Source of the DNA: Camelus ferus | Taxonomy: Eukaryota | Length of the DNA stretch: 64,000 bases | NCBI RefSeq assembly: GCF_009834535.1 | Contig: NC_045696.1 | Location: 90,770,001 to 90,834,000, forward strand | Direction: 5' to 3' | Shown: in pieces, positions 26,150 to 39,340 of the stretch | Layout: the number at the start of each line of letters is the position of its first letter | Position numbering within the stretch: the stretch's first letter is position 1 | Notes under the pieces: model-generated | Database searches by the model: none | What the model saw: only the letters and a program-made list of their open reading frames with translations | Told to the model about the DNA's origin: nothing | Position numbers and translations under genes: made by a program

Positions 26150-28250
26150 TTTTCTTTTTTAATAACTTTATTTCATATTATAAAATTCATCCACTTTATG
26201 TGTACAATGACTTTTTAGTAAATTTACTAAGTTGTGCAATCACCACCATAAATCAATTTTAGAACATCTTAATCACCCCAAAAGATCCCTCATATTCATC
26301 TACTATTTTCTGTTTGTTTGTTTTGGGGAAGTCTTTTTTGCCCTGCTTCTGAATTTCTTTTATTGAATTATAGTTGATTTACAATGTGATGTTAGTTTCA
26401 GGTGTACGGCAAAGTTATTCAGATATAGATAGATAGATAGATAAGATAGATATACACACACACATACACACACACACACAAACCTATATATATACATATA
26501 TTCTTTTTCAGATTCTTTTCCATTACAGGTTTTTACAAGATATTGAATATAATTCCCTTTGTTATACAATAGGTCCTTGTTGTTTACCTACTCTATATAT
26601 AATAGCATGTATATGTTAGTCCTAAACTCCTAATTTATCCCTTCCCCACTTTCCCCTTGGGTAACCATAAGTTTGTTTTCTATGTCTGTAAGTCTATTTA
26701 TGGTTTATAAATAAGTTCATTTGTATCATTTTTTTTTGATTCCACATATAAGTGGTATTATATGATATTTGTCTTTCTCTGTCTGACTTTACTTAGTACG
26801 ATAATCTCTAGGTCCATCCATGTCACTGCAAATGGCATTATTTCATTCTTCTTTTATGGTTAAGTAATATTCCATTGTATATTTTTGGCTCTAGTTCTGT
26901 GAAAAATGCCATTGGTAATTTGATAGGGATTACATTCAATTTGTAGATTGCTTTGGGTACTATGGCCATTTTAACATCACTGATTCTTCCAATCCAAGAA
27001 CAGGGTATATCTTTCCATTTGTTTGTGTCATCTTCAATTTCTTTCATCAGCATCTTACAGTTTTAAGAGCACAGGTCTTTTGCCTCCTTAGGTAGGTTTA
27101 TTCTTAGGTATTTTATTATTTTGATGAAATGGAAAATGAGATTGTTTCCATAATTTCTTCTTCTAATATTTCATTGCTAGTGTACAGAAATGCAAGACTT
27201 CTGTATATTAACTGTGTACGCTGCAACTTTGCTGAATTCATTAATGAGCTCCAGTAGTTTTCTGGTAGCATCTTTAGGATTTTCTATGTACAGTATCATG
27301 TCATCTGCAAAAAGTGACAGTTTTATTTCTTTTCCAATTTGGATTCCTTTTATTTTTCTTCTCTGATTGCTGTGTCTGGAATTCCCAAAACTATGTTGAA
27401 TAAAAGTGTCAAGAGCGGGAATCTTTGTCAAATGCTTTCAGCTTTTCACCACTGACTTTGACATTAGCTGTGGGTTTCTCATATATGGCGTTTATTTTGT
27501 TGAATTATGTTCCTTTTATGCCCACTTTCTGGAGAGTTTTTATCAAAAATGGATGTTGAAGTTTATCAAAAGCTTTTTCTGCAATTATTGAGATGATCAT
27601 ATGGTTTTTATTCTTCAATTTGTTAATGTGGTGTATCACACTCATTGATTTGTGGATATTGAAAAATCCTTCCATCCATAGGATAAATCCCACTTGATTG
27701 TGGTGTATGATCCTTTTAGCATATTGTTGAGAATCTCTGTCTGCTAGTATTTTGTTAAGGATTTTTGCATCTATGTTCATTAGAGATATTGGCCTGTAAT
27801 TTGCTTTTCTTGTGATATCTTTGTCTGGTTTTGGCCTCTAATCATTCACTGTTAATCCCTATTCCCACCTCACCTTAAGCAATCACTAATCTATGTTGTC
27901 TTTACAGATTTGCCTTTTCTGAACATCTCATATAAATCGAGTCATACAATATGTAATCTCTTGTATCTGGTTTCTTTTACTGAGCATAATGTTTCTGAGG
28001 TCCACCTAAGTCATAGCACATACCAGCAGCTTGCACCTTTTTATTCCTGAATAATATTTCCCCATATGAATATACCACATTTTTTATCCATTCAACAGTT
28101 GGTGGATATTCTTTAGACTGTTATTAATGCTGCTGAGAACATGTGTCTGCAAGTCTTTGTGTAGATACATGTTCTCATTTCTCTTGGGTCAATCCCTAAG
28201 AGTGGAAATGCTGATTCATATGGTAAATTTATGTTTAACTTTTTGGTTAA
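26150..28250 (-). mobile_element. L1MB-like 3' end (minus) split by a younger L1
   Basis: Host 26150-26307 (agttgtgcaatcaccaccataaatcaattttagaacat) resumes at 27842 (caatcactaatcta...gatttgccttttctgaacatctcatataaa). Confidence 0.78.
26308..27841 (-). mobile_element. Younger 5'-truncated L1 with RT segment, internal deletion and 3'UTR
   Basis: Minus ORFs [13 protein letters not shown]..., [46 protein letters not shown]; 3'UTR with (GATA)n(CA)n at 26422-26480. Confidence 0.9.
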
Positions 28251-29109
28251 TTCTTAATGTATATTCAGTGATATGTTTTATATACATAAAAAATCTGAAT
28301 AGGAAGCAAGCATAGTGGTCAGGGAAGGCTTTCTAGAGAATGTAACCTTGAGGTTATCCTTAAAATGTCAGTAACATTTGGATACTGGTAACAATTATGA
28401 TTTTCTCAAAAATAAGTATCATTTCAAGTTCATGCTTAATCAGAATTATGTACCTACTTTCTTAAATCATCAGTTTCTGCACAGCTAGGGAAACTGAACT
28501 AGACACTGAAGGACTGAGTTATAAGCAAATGATCCATATGCTCCAGCCCCACCAATCATATACATTTAAATGTTAACCTTAAAGTGTTAAAATAATTACA
28601 ATGAACTTCAAATAAAGACTACCAATTATCTTTAACATTAAAAACAGAGATTAAACATTTTAAAAACAACCTGTGAATAACTATTTAATTTCAGGAGCTT
28701 TCCAATGGTCCAAAAATGCATTCCCTGAATTAAAATGTGAACAAACATATGTTAACTAACCTTTTTAATCTAGAGTGGTCAATTAAATCAACCAACTACC
28801 AAGCTAACTATGAGTAAGCTGGGAGTAGAAATGCACTGCTAACATATTTCTTTTCTTTAAATGTCTCACTTACTACAACATGCAAAAGTTGTTCTTTAAA
28901 AAATTATCTTCATAATTGCATAAAAGAAAAAGAAATACTATTTTCCTCATTCTTATTTTTCCCAGTTAAACACAATAGAAAATATATTAATTCATATTTG
29001 AGTGGCAAAGTACACTAAATACATATCAAAAAGATAAATATTTAATTCACTAGTAAAGTGAATTAAACAATCTCCTTCATATGTTTTAGCAGTTTCATTA
29101 AGATACGTC

Positions 29110-30550
29110 TAAGTATGGTTTTCTTTGAACTTACCCTGTTTGGTGTTCACTGAGCTTCTTAATCATAAAATGTTTGTATTTTAGAAATCTTGGGAAATTT
29201 TTGGACACTTCTTATTGATACATGTTTTCTGTTAGAATCTCTTTTCTCATTCTGGGGCTATTAATTATATGCATGTTAGATTTAATTGTTCCACAAGTTT
29301 CTGGGTTTTCATTCATTGCTTTTTAATATTTTTCTCATTGTTTTTGACTAGATTATTTCTGTTTACCTATCTTCAAGTTCACTGACTCTTCTTTGTCATT
29401 TCCATTCTAATATTTAGCCCATTCAGTAAATTTTTTACTTCTGTTATATTTTTCAGTTCTATAATTTCCAGTGGGTTCTCTTTTGTAGTTTCTATTTTTC
29501 TGCTGAGAAGTTCTTTTTGTTCATTTCAAAAGCATTTACCTTTACCTCACATACACAGTTATAATAGCTATTTTAAAGACTTCATCTGACTTTAATGCCA
29601 AAATCTGGTTCATTTTGGAGTCAGCATCTCTTGGTTGTCTTTTCCCTCAAATACTGGTCACATTTTTCTGATTCATGGTATGCTGAGTACTTTTGGCTTA
29701 TATCCTGGACATTGTGAACATAATGTTGCAAGACTCTAGGTCCTGTTAAAACCCTCTGCAGAATGATTTTGTTGGTTGTTTTAGCAGTCAATTAACCTGG
29801 TTAGGTTTAGATCAAAAGTTCTGCCTCACTTTCTGTGGGTTGTGGTTCCAATGTCAGTTCAGTTTTTGAAGCTTTTGTTATGCTGCTTTGAGTCTGTCTA
29901 TTCATGTGCACCTCAGAGGTAAGCCCAGCCCTTCAGCCAGTCATACACAAAATAAGAGGACTTCTTTCTCTAGTTCTCCCTTTCTGGGATTACCTCCATA
30001 CTCTCTAGCTCCCAAGAAATCCTTTTCCCAGTCCTCTGGCGAAAAAGATGGGGTTTTCCTTAGAGTTTTAGCAGCCTGTGCTGCCATCATGCAGTTCTAC
30101 ATGGACAGGATGTCTCTTACGGCAAACAAAGCAATGAGAGAAAAGATGAAAAAAAAAAAAAAAATAACAGATGCCAAAGTCCATATTTGGGGCTGCCCCA
30201 AATCAGAACCAAGGGGAAAAGTGAGGGGAAAAAACACCAAAAAACAAGGATCCCCCTACAGTGCCTTCCATTCTTCTAGCTAGAAATATGACGTTTCTCT
30301 AGGAGGTTTTGCTGCCCCTGCCCACTGTGCAGTTCTGCAAAGGGGACTTCCCTGATTCAAATCTGGGACAATAAAGAGGAAATAAAAATTGGCAGCTCAG
30401 CACATGCGGGTCATTCCTTCAAGTTTTGACTGTCTTCTTCAATCTACCTGCTACTGTTTCCAAGACGTAAAGTAGCTTCTTTTAGCATTTTGTCCCGGAG
30501 GCTTAGTAGTAATCAGTGGGAGAGACAGGCTTAGTAGACTTCTATCTTTT
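29110..30550 (-). mobile_element. Old L1 5' region / ORF1 fragment (minus)
   Basis: ggtgttcactgagcttctt...gggaaatttttggac; tatcttcaagttcactgactctt; ttataatagctattttaaag; tatcctggacattgtgaac. Confidence 0.7.
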
Positions 30551-31083
30551 CAAGTCGACACACTATATATCCTCCAAGTGCCATAAGTCCAAAGGATTTC
30601 ATATGTATAATTTCTTATTTATACACTCACATATTATTCCTATACATTTATATTACATATATTATATTACATATAAATATATATAAAATAAAGTAAGATA
30701 AAAACTTGAAAAGGAAGAACAAAAGAAGAGAAGAAAAATGAGACAGAACCACGAAAGAGGTTAATATGTAAATCAGAACATAAGGCCCTTACACTTGCTA
30801 GAATTATACCAAAAATCTGGCTTCAAGCTTTCCAACAGCTAATTTTAAAAAAGGAAAAACATAATGTTCATAGAATAAAAACGAACCAGGTTATCAAATC
30901 AGATACAACTATCCCTGACCCTGAGATCATTCTTAAAATAAACTCTCTAATGAATATAACAGAGCAATTTTCAGCAACTTCCCTAAATACAGGCCACATG
31001 CCAAAAAACAATCAGTAAAATCAATTCCAGAGAAGGTCAATATGATGAGTCCAGATATAAGATTCAGGCTTAAATAAAGGGTG

Positions 31084-32214
31084 AAGTAAAACAAGAAGAA
31101 AATCTACAGAATGGGAGAAAATTTTTGCAAGTGAAACTGACAAAGGCTTGATCTCCAGAATATATAAGCAGCTCATATGACTCAATAAGAAAAAAATAAA
31201 CAACCCAATCCAAAAATGGGCAGAAGACCTAAACAAGCAATTCTCCAAGGAAGACATACAAATGATCAAAAAGCACATGAAAAAATGCTCAATATCACTA
31301 ATTATCAGAGAAATGCAAATCAAAACTACAATGAGGTATCACCTCACACCAGTCAGAATGGCCGTCATTCAAAAATCCACAAATGACAAATGCTGGAGAG
31401 GCTGTGGAGAAAGGGAACCCTCCTACACTGCTGGTGGGAATGCAGTTTGGTGCAGCCACTATGGAAAACAGTGTGGAGATTCCTCAAAAGACTAGGAATA
31501 GACTTACCATATGACCCAGGAATCCCACTCCTGGGCTTGTATCCAGAAGGAAATCTACTTCAGGATGACACCTGCACCCCAATGTTCATAGCAGCACTAT
31601 TTACAATAGCCAAAACATGGAAACAGCCGAAATGTCCATCAACAGGTGACTGGATAAAGAAGAAGTGGTATATTTATACAATGGAATACTAATCGGCCAT
31701 AAAAAACGACAACATAATGCCATTTGCAGCAACATGGATGCTCCTGGAGAATGTCATTCGAAGTGAAGTAAGCCGGAAAGAGAAAGAAAAATACCATATG
31801 AGATCGCTCATATGTGGAATCTAAAAAACAAAAACAAAGCGTAAATACAGGACAGAAATAGACTCACAGACAGAGAATACAGACTTGTGGTTACCAGGGG
31901 GGTGGAGGGTGGGAAGGGATAGACTGGGATTTCAAAATTGTAGAATAGATAAACAAGATTACACTGTATAGCACAGGGAAATATACACAAAATGTTATGA
32001 TAACTCACAGAGAAAAAAATGTGACAATGAGTGTGTATATGTCCACGAATGACTGAAAAATTGTGCTGAACACTGGAATTTGACACAACATTGTAAAATG
32101 ATTATAAATCAATAAAAAATGTTAAAAAAAAAAAAGACAGCCAACTTGAAACTTGAATTAATCCAAATGCCCTTAATAAATGAGCTCTTCCTCAGAAAAA
32201 TAAAAATAAAAATA
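31084..32214 (+). mobile_element. Young 5'-truncated camelid L1 (ORF2 C-terminus and 3'UTR) with 3' transduction
   Basis: [36 protein letters not shown]...YTMEY; AATAAA at 32111 and A12 at 32124-32135; TSD aaataaagggtg at 31072-31083 and 32215-32226. Confidence 0.93.
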
Positions 32215-33124
32215 AAATAAAGGGTGGATTTTAAACTAAGAAAGAAACAAATACTCTGTGTCTTTCAAGCATTCCTCCATACGTGGTTCTTCTCAGCAAA
32301 GCTTTTGAAAAGTTCTGCATTGCAGTGTGTGTGAGATTATATCCCTGGTGGGCAGCTATTCTATGTAGTTGCTGTAGGTACAGAAACCTTTATTGTAATA
32401 GTCAACCTAGACGGAGAGAGAAGTAGCATTCTCTTGTAGAAACTGAGGCTCATAATGAAAAAGACTTGAAGTTTGACCAGGAGGAATAAACCCACCCCAG
32501 TCATTAGGTAAAACAAGAGAAGCACCTGGGGCTAAAGCCAAGTTCCTTTCAGAATGTAATTCTGAATCTTCTCAAATACTTTCTTTTTTAATGGCAATCA
32601 AAACAAAAATATAGTAACAATACTTTTAAACTAGGAAAAGTTTTAAAAAATATATATTCAAATGCTCACATTAGCTATACAAGGAATCCAATAAAACACC
32701 CCAAAATTTTCTGAGCAGTTCTACCCACTTGGTATATCCTCTAATATGTAACTAATACACTAGTTACAAGTTGTACAGCCAAGAAACTAAATGTGGTTGT
32801 TATCTAGATACCAAATTCTGAGGCACTTGCACCAGAAAATGATAAAATTGCAAACACTACAATTTAAATGAATAGTAATCAGTTAATAAAATAAACCCTT
32901 TTCTATGTTCATCATTTGAATAAAGTAAAATTTATGAAACTTTGTTAAAGTTCTTTTAATCTATAAATGAAAAGAATAAAAATTATGAGATGCTTTAATA
33001 CAGATGCCAAAATTTGAGCAACTTAAACAAATCACATTGGAAAAACCATTTCAGTTTCTATCAGTTAATTTTTGTTGCATAATTAACTGCCCTAAACTTT
33101 GAAGCTGAAAACACAAACATCTAT

Positions 33125-33640
33125 TATTTACTATTCCTCATAATTTTCTGTGTCAGCTAGAAGTTTTATCCGGTCTCAGATGGCAACTAATCTCAGCAGT
33201 CAGCGAGATCAGTTGAGTCACCTGATGGCTTGGGAACAGATAGATGGTCTAGGACAACAATCAGCAAACTTTTTCTTAAAGAGACAGACAGTAAATATAG
33301 GCCATGAGGTCTCTATAGCAACTACTAAACTTCATTACTATAGCAGAAAAGCAGCCACATACAAAACATGAACAAGTGAGCATGGCTGTGTTCCAATAAA
33401 ACTTTATTTACAATAACAGGCAGCAAGCCAGTAAACTCTAATTTGCTAAACCCTCCTCTAGAATAGCCTCACTCACATGTCTGTCAGGAGGTACACTGAT
33501 AGGTTTCAGGGACCTCAGCTTCAATGTCTTACCTCTGCTCCAGTAGTTTCTTATCTGCCAGTACACTAACCAGGGTTTCTTGACATAATTGTACCCGTTC
33601 CAAAAACTAGCAAATAAGGGTAAGCCCCAGTCTGCATGGT
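33125..33640. mobile_element. MaLR (MLT1-type) LTR relic interrupted by MER58
   Basis: tattcctcataattttctgtgtcagct...gatggtctag / aatagcctcactcacatgtctg, MLT1-like. Confidence 0.55.
33255..33455 (+). mobile_element. MER58A-like hAT element, near full length
   Basis: Degenerate TIRs caacaatcagcaaact / aatttgctaaaccctc; core catggctgtgttccaataaaactttatttaca; 8-bp Charlie-type TSD gtctagga (33247-33254) / ctctagaa (33456-33463). Confidence 0.85.
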
Positions 33641-35049
33641 TGCCATGATTATGTCCATGCTCTTAAAGAAAGTGAAGTATATAGGAGTCCTATAGTAACA
33701 TTTTTCCTTTCATAATATTATAACTAGAAATACTAATACATCTACTTACTGAGTAAAATTATAGGCTGTATTTCACAGTATACCTCAATAAGCAGAATTA
33801 AAGCCAACAACATAATATTAAAATACTGCCCCATTTTTCTAGAACACTTGTTAACACTTTTATAAATACATTCTTCACAAACTTATAAAAATTAAAAAGG
33901 ATTTACCTGAAGTTAAACATTAACATTTTGCCCTTACTCAAGATCTATAACTTCAATTTCAATTTACAATGTCAGAGAATTAAAACAATAATTGTGGCAA
34001 CGTGGTCAATATATAGACTATGAATTTCTAATTACATAAAAGGGAATTCTATCCCAACCTTTAAATTATTATTTTTTAATTCTATGCTTTAAAAACAGAT
34101 TGGCATTTCCTAATAACCAAAGACAAAACAAATTCTATTAAGATACAGCCTAAGTTTGTAGAATTTAATATACTTACTATAAACAAGCAATCCATTTGCT
34201 AGCTTTTATGTTTCCTCTTTCTCTTAAAACGTGTTAAAAGTACTCAAAAAGTATTATCAAAAAACAAAAAGTTCATAATTCCAGCAGGGGACAGGTTGAT
34301 TTATTTGAGAGATTAAGTAGTTCAATACATTTGTTTCTAAATACTGAAACAATAGACTAAAATCCACAGTAATTAAGTCAGTTCCTAAGAAATATGCACT
34401 GCCTGATTGACATTTAAACCCCCAAATTCTTGAATAATGAAACTGTTAAGGGAACTAAATACACATATCTAGTTTCAATAAAGCTAGCAATCCCTTAAAA
34501 TATTCTGCATAAATAATTTTAACCTTAAGTATTAGCATTAAGGAAATGATTAAAACCACATTTTTCGTAACAAAGTATAAATTGACCTTTATTTTATTAG
34601 CCTACAATTTGCTACACCACTGTTTTTTTAAACCACTCTAATGGCATATATACCTTGACAACATCCCACAGATGGTTATGATTATGTGTAACAAGACAAC
34701 AAGCTCATTGAAAACCTTTACAGATGCTTAGCTAATGGGATGTCACATTAAATCTAATATAAGATTAAAAACTTTATATCAGTTGCATTATAAACAAAGA
34801 TATATCATTTGAAATTGACATCAAACATTTCTAAACTAATTCCATAAAAGCACTAGATTAGTAATATACTAATTTAAGAAGGAACCTTAAAAACAAGTGT
34901 AGACATTACACAGCTTATCCCTATCACACGACTTGGTTGCATCATGTGCCTTTTTGTGGGGGTGGGGTGGAAAAAAAACATATAAATTTTTTTTGCTTTC
35001 AGCATCTTAGATATAGATGCTTCAAACTACAAAACTCTGGTAAATGTCA

Positions 35050-36070
35050 AAATTCGATTTGACTACTTCTTACTTCCTCTCTTAATGCTTAATGACTAAT
35101 TCCTTAGAGATGTCCTTAAAAGCCCTAAAATGTTGTCCTTCAGTGGAAACTTTCACCAGCAATCAATCAGGAGCAAATTAGATGATTGTGTTGAAATGTA
35201 CTACACTGTTTAAGCTAACAAATGAATGAAGAAAGGTAGTATATCCGAACATATGCCACTACACTGAAGTCTCTAAAAGGGTTTGTTGGAAGAATATTTG
35301 GTTTCCAGTGTAGCAAATATGGAATAAGAAGGGACAGTGATAAAAGAACACCAAGTCATATGGAAATCCAAATATAGTGACAGACACAATTATTTTACTA
35401 ATTGCTAATGAATACAGTCAAGTGGCTTCAAAAAGCAAAACTTTGCTTGGACTACTTCAGGTTTTGACCTCTGCATGAGCAAATGCATTTAAACTGAAGC
35501 CCACCAAAATTGATTAACGGCGCCAGCCAAGGCCAGCATGTAGTTGAAGCTTTTTCCATCTATCACATGGCCCCAAGGATAGTTAAATGAACCTTAAAAT
35601 GGCTACAAACAGCTCAATGACTACACAGAGTCCTGCCAATTAGAAATAATTAGGCAGTCATTTTGGTGCTAAGTCTTTTTAAGTGCATACATAACGATGC
35701 AATGATGCTTATTAACGATCTCATATGAGCTATGCTCAAACAGCCTGAAATAATTATGCAACTATCACAAAGCCTTGCTCATCTCTGTACTTCACCTTAA
35801 TGCATTTAAAAATCCACTTCATTACCTCCAGTAATTAATCCTTCATTAATTGCAGGAAAAGCTCAGTTTACCATGCTTCATTTCTAATTATCTTATAAAT
35901 AGTTATGGTTCTAATTAATGTGTTCATTAAGATGAATATCTTTCTCAAAGCCATGCTCAGAGCAAAGGTTCTACTTATTCTCTCAAAAGCCTAACTACCA
36001 TAAGGTGAGGCCATTTTGGTTGCATTTGCTTTTATTTTAGTATACTCAACCTCCTAATTGGCATTTAAAA
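35050..36070. promoter_or_regulatory. Candidate deeply conserved enhancer
   Basis: TE-free with balanced composition and several retained CpGs; motifs tgattaacgg, ccaattag, aataattagg, ataattatgc, gtaattaatcc, cattaattgc. Function is inferred. Confidence 0.55.
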
Positions 36071-38596
36071 TCTAATTTAGAGAAACTTCAAGAAGGCTAT
36101 ACAGAGGAAATAGGGACAAAAAGATATTTTCAAACTCTTTTCCAATCAGTAATCTTAAAACCTTAATATGAAAACTTCAGTGCATCTTTTCTGATAAAAA
36201 TTGACTAATATGCTTAAGTACTATATCCAAGTGAATTTAACTTCCATACAAACTTAGCTTTTGCCCCTTCTCTTCAATTAGAAAATAAGAAAGATAAAAT
36301 ATGCTATTATAACAAATGCATTTAAATTTATATTAGGTTACCTAGCTAAATTGCCACTATAAAACAATTACTCAATATAAATTGTCAGCCATCAAAAAAA
36401 AAACTTACACATATCCTGGGATCACCAATATTTCATATCACTTAGAAGCATAGCTAGTCTATATGCTTTTAAAAATAGAAATCTAATTCTCTGCTACAAA
36501 TCATACAGCACTTAAAATAACACTGGCTATGATTAAAAGATAAAACAAGATGCAAAATCATTTTTTGTAAACATGAATATTTTTATAATTTTGTAAAGTT
36601 TTTAAACAATTGTGTAAATAATTTAGAAGTGTAAAAAGTATTCTTAATTTTTAAAAATCAAATTTCATTTTCCATGAATAAAAAAACGAAACCAATTTAC
36701 TTGGGAAGTTAAGTAAGTAAAACCCTTTAATAATTTTTTAAAAATACCAGTTATTAGTGTAATAACTGACAGTTAATAATAAAGCTACAGTTTCACATAT
36801 GATAGATGTCTCCTGCTTCTCTGTAATTTGCTGTTGCTCATTAACCTTCCCCTTTGTCTCTTCCCATGTAAGATAAACCTGCAGAACAGTTTCATTTATG
36901 AATCAAAAAAAAATTCATTCTACAGGAAAAATTCTAAAAAGATAGTCTCTTTTTGGAGAATTGGTTAAGTGTAATTTCTAACAAAAATTTCTCTGGGATA
37001 AACTTTTTAAAACATGCTTTACACAAAACCACTGTGGCTTTGTGTTCCCACATTAAAATTTCTGATTATAGGGACTAAGAAAAATTTGCTAGAACGGCAG
37101 ATGGAGAATCACAATGAGGAAAGATCTCAAATGTTCTACAGCAATATTCATTCATTCATTCATTCTTCTATGCTGGAGATACAGTGGGAAATAAGACAGG
37201 CAAGAGTTGTGCCATAATGGAGTTAAGAGTTTAAAGTAAAATACCCCCTACAACATAGAAACAGGTTGGTTTTAGCTATAACTTTCAATGACTATAATAA
37301 AGATGCATATCAAACACTCTACATCCAGAGTGTCAATGCTCTACTGTATTCAAAAGATTCTTGAGAGAAAACATGTTGGTTCAACCATGTGTGTATTGCT
37401 GAGCTAAACACAACATAGGTACCAACTTGTACCATTATTTTTAAAAGTGTATGTAATTTAGAAAGACATAACATGAATATAAATGGATCTATGAGAACAT
37501 TAGGTTTGGTGTACCTATCTGCTAAATTTTAACTACTTCAATTACCATTCCCACTCACCAACTCATTATTCAATTACCATTTACCTACTGGCACAGTGAT
37601 CCTCAGTCTTGGCTTTGTAACATGCTAAGATGTCTCCAGCAATTTCAAAATGAGAATCATAAAGTTCTCACCATAAAATTTAACACTGGTTCACTTTTAT
37701 TTTAAAAAATAATCTATTTCAAGATGAACGGTAAAAGAGAACAAATGGTGATAACACAATATCCAAAAGGTTAGAAATTACTCTTCCTTTTTACCTAGAG
37801 AAGCTTAGGGATATCGTTTCTGTCTCTCCAGAAATGTTCAAATTTTAAAATACTCACATCATTTACCCTCTTTTCCTTTTCACTCCCCTACTACCACTAC
37901 AAAATTAAATCTAAAGAAATAAAGTCAAGGGACATCCTTATTAACAGATACCACTTCTCTGTTGTCTAAAGAAATTTTTTCCAAATATCTTAGGCCAATG
38001 AACTTCTTCCTGTGTCAACAGTCTTATCCATGTAAGTAAACTGGAGACAATGGTTCCTAACAGGCAATAATGAAAAGCCAAAAAAAAAAAAAAAAAAAAA
38101 AAAAAGTAATCCAAAAGCTTATTCTAACGAACCAAGTTTAAATGGATTGAAATAGTTAACATTCATAACAAATTTGATTAGGCTCTAAATTGAGATGTAA
38201 CTAAAATGCTAATTCCCCTAACTGCTGGATTGGAAATAATGTTAATTCTTTATCACTACATAGATACTAAAGGCAAAAACAAAGGCAACCTATTACCTAG
38301 CATTAAATTGTCCCCTTTCCTTACCACAGTTAGTAAAACAGAGGAAAGCACATTCCAGAAGGCCAGACTAAAAATAACACTGTATGAGAATATTTCTGAT
38401 ATCTACAGCTCAGTACAGTGCCTTACACAGTACATTAAGTCTCCAGGCACCTGAATTTCAAGATGTAAAAATCTGAAATTCCTTCACAGACATGATTAAC
38501 TTACAGTATTTAAAGAAGCCTCATAAGACATTAAGCAAACAGAGAGCTTTGCCTTTCATGTTATATTTTCTTCATAAGGTCCATCAAGAGTTTGGC

Positions 38597-39011
38597 AATG
38601 TTAATTATTATTCAGAATATAGTCATTTCCCCTACCCAAACCATAGGCAGAGTATTCTTCCTCATCCTTGACACTTTGAGCTTACCCACGTGACTTTCTC
38701 TGGCCAATGAAATGCTGGCAGAAATGACACTAAACAAAGGATTTAAATGTGCTTAGGAAGTTGTGCTTATTTTCCTTTTGTCTAAGAAAATCTCGCTTTG
38801 AGTAGCTGTTGATCCACGGTGAATGAAAGGTACCAGGAGCAGAGCTGGTATCAAGCCTCATTTAGAAGCCAAGCTCAGGGCGCCCAGCCTAGATCAGAAA
38901 AGGCCCAGCAGACTCATAGATGTCTGAGTGAGAAAGAATTCTTTTTGTTGTGTGCTACTAAGTTTTGAGATGGTTACTAGGTAGCATTAATTGTGGTAAT
39001 AGACTAATACA
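38597..39011. mobile_element. MLT1 (I/J-like) solo LTR
   Basis: cacgtgactttctctggccaatgaaatgctggcagaaatgaca...cccagcctagatcag...ttttgagatggttactaggtagcatt...actaataca. Confidence 0.8.
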
Positions 39012-39084
39012 AAGACATGATTAGAATCAGAGGGTATTTAGGCTCTGGAGCCAGGCATCCACCAATGGCAACAAAGAGTACAAC

Positions 39085-39340
39085 CTGGTGGACAGCAGGG
39101 TGTCCGAAAAGAATAAGAACAGGGTTTGAAATCCAAAGTGTTACGAATCCCCCCAGCTTTAGCCATGAAAGCATGAGCAAGTTACTGACCTCTGTAGTGT
39201 TTCCTCATCTGCAAACTGAAGGTAAAATACAAACTTGGAAAAAGAAAGGTTGTTGTGACAATCAAATAAAATATCCATTAATGATAACACAATCCCATAA
39301 TTCCTAGCATACATTAGATACTAACTAATTTTAGTTTCCC
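39085..39340 (+). mobile_element. MIR fragment
   Basis: gagcaagttactgacctctgtagtgtttcctcatctgcaaactga. Confidence 0.7.

Noticed and set aside
29888..30283. 131-aa plus-strand ORF with a lysine run
   Set aside because: Antisense of an old L1 5' region; the lysines come from an A tract
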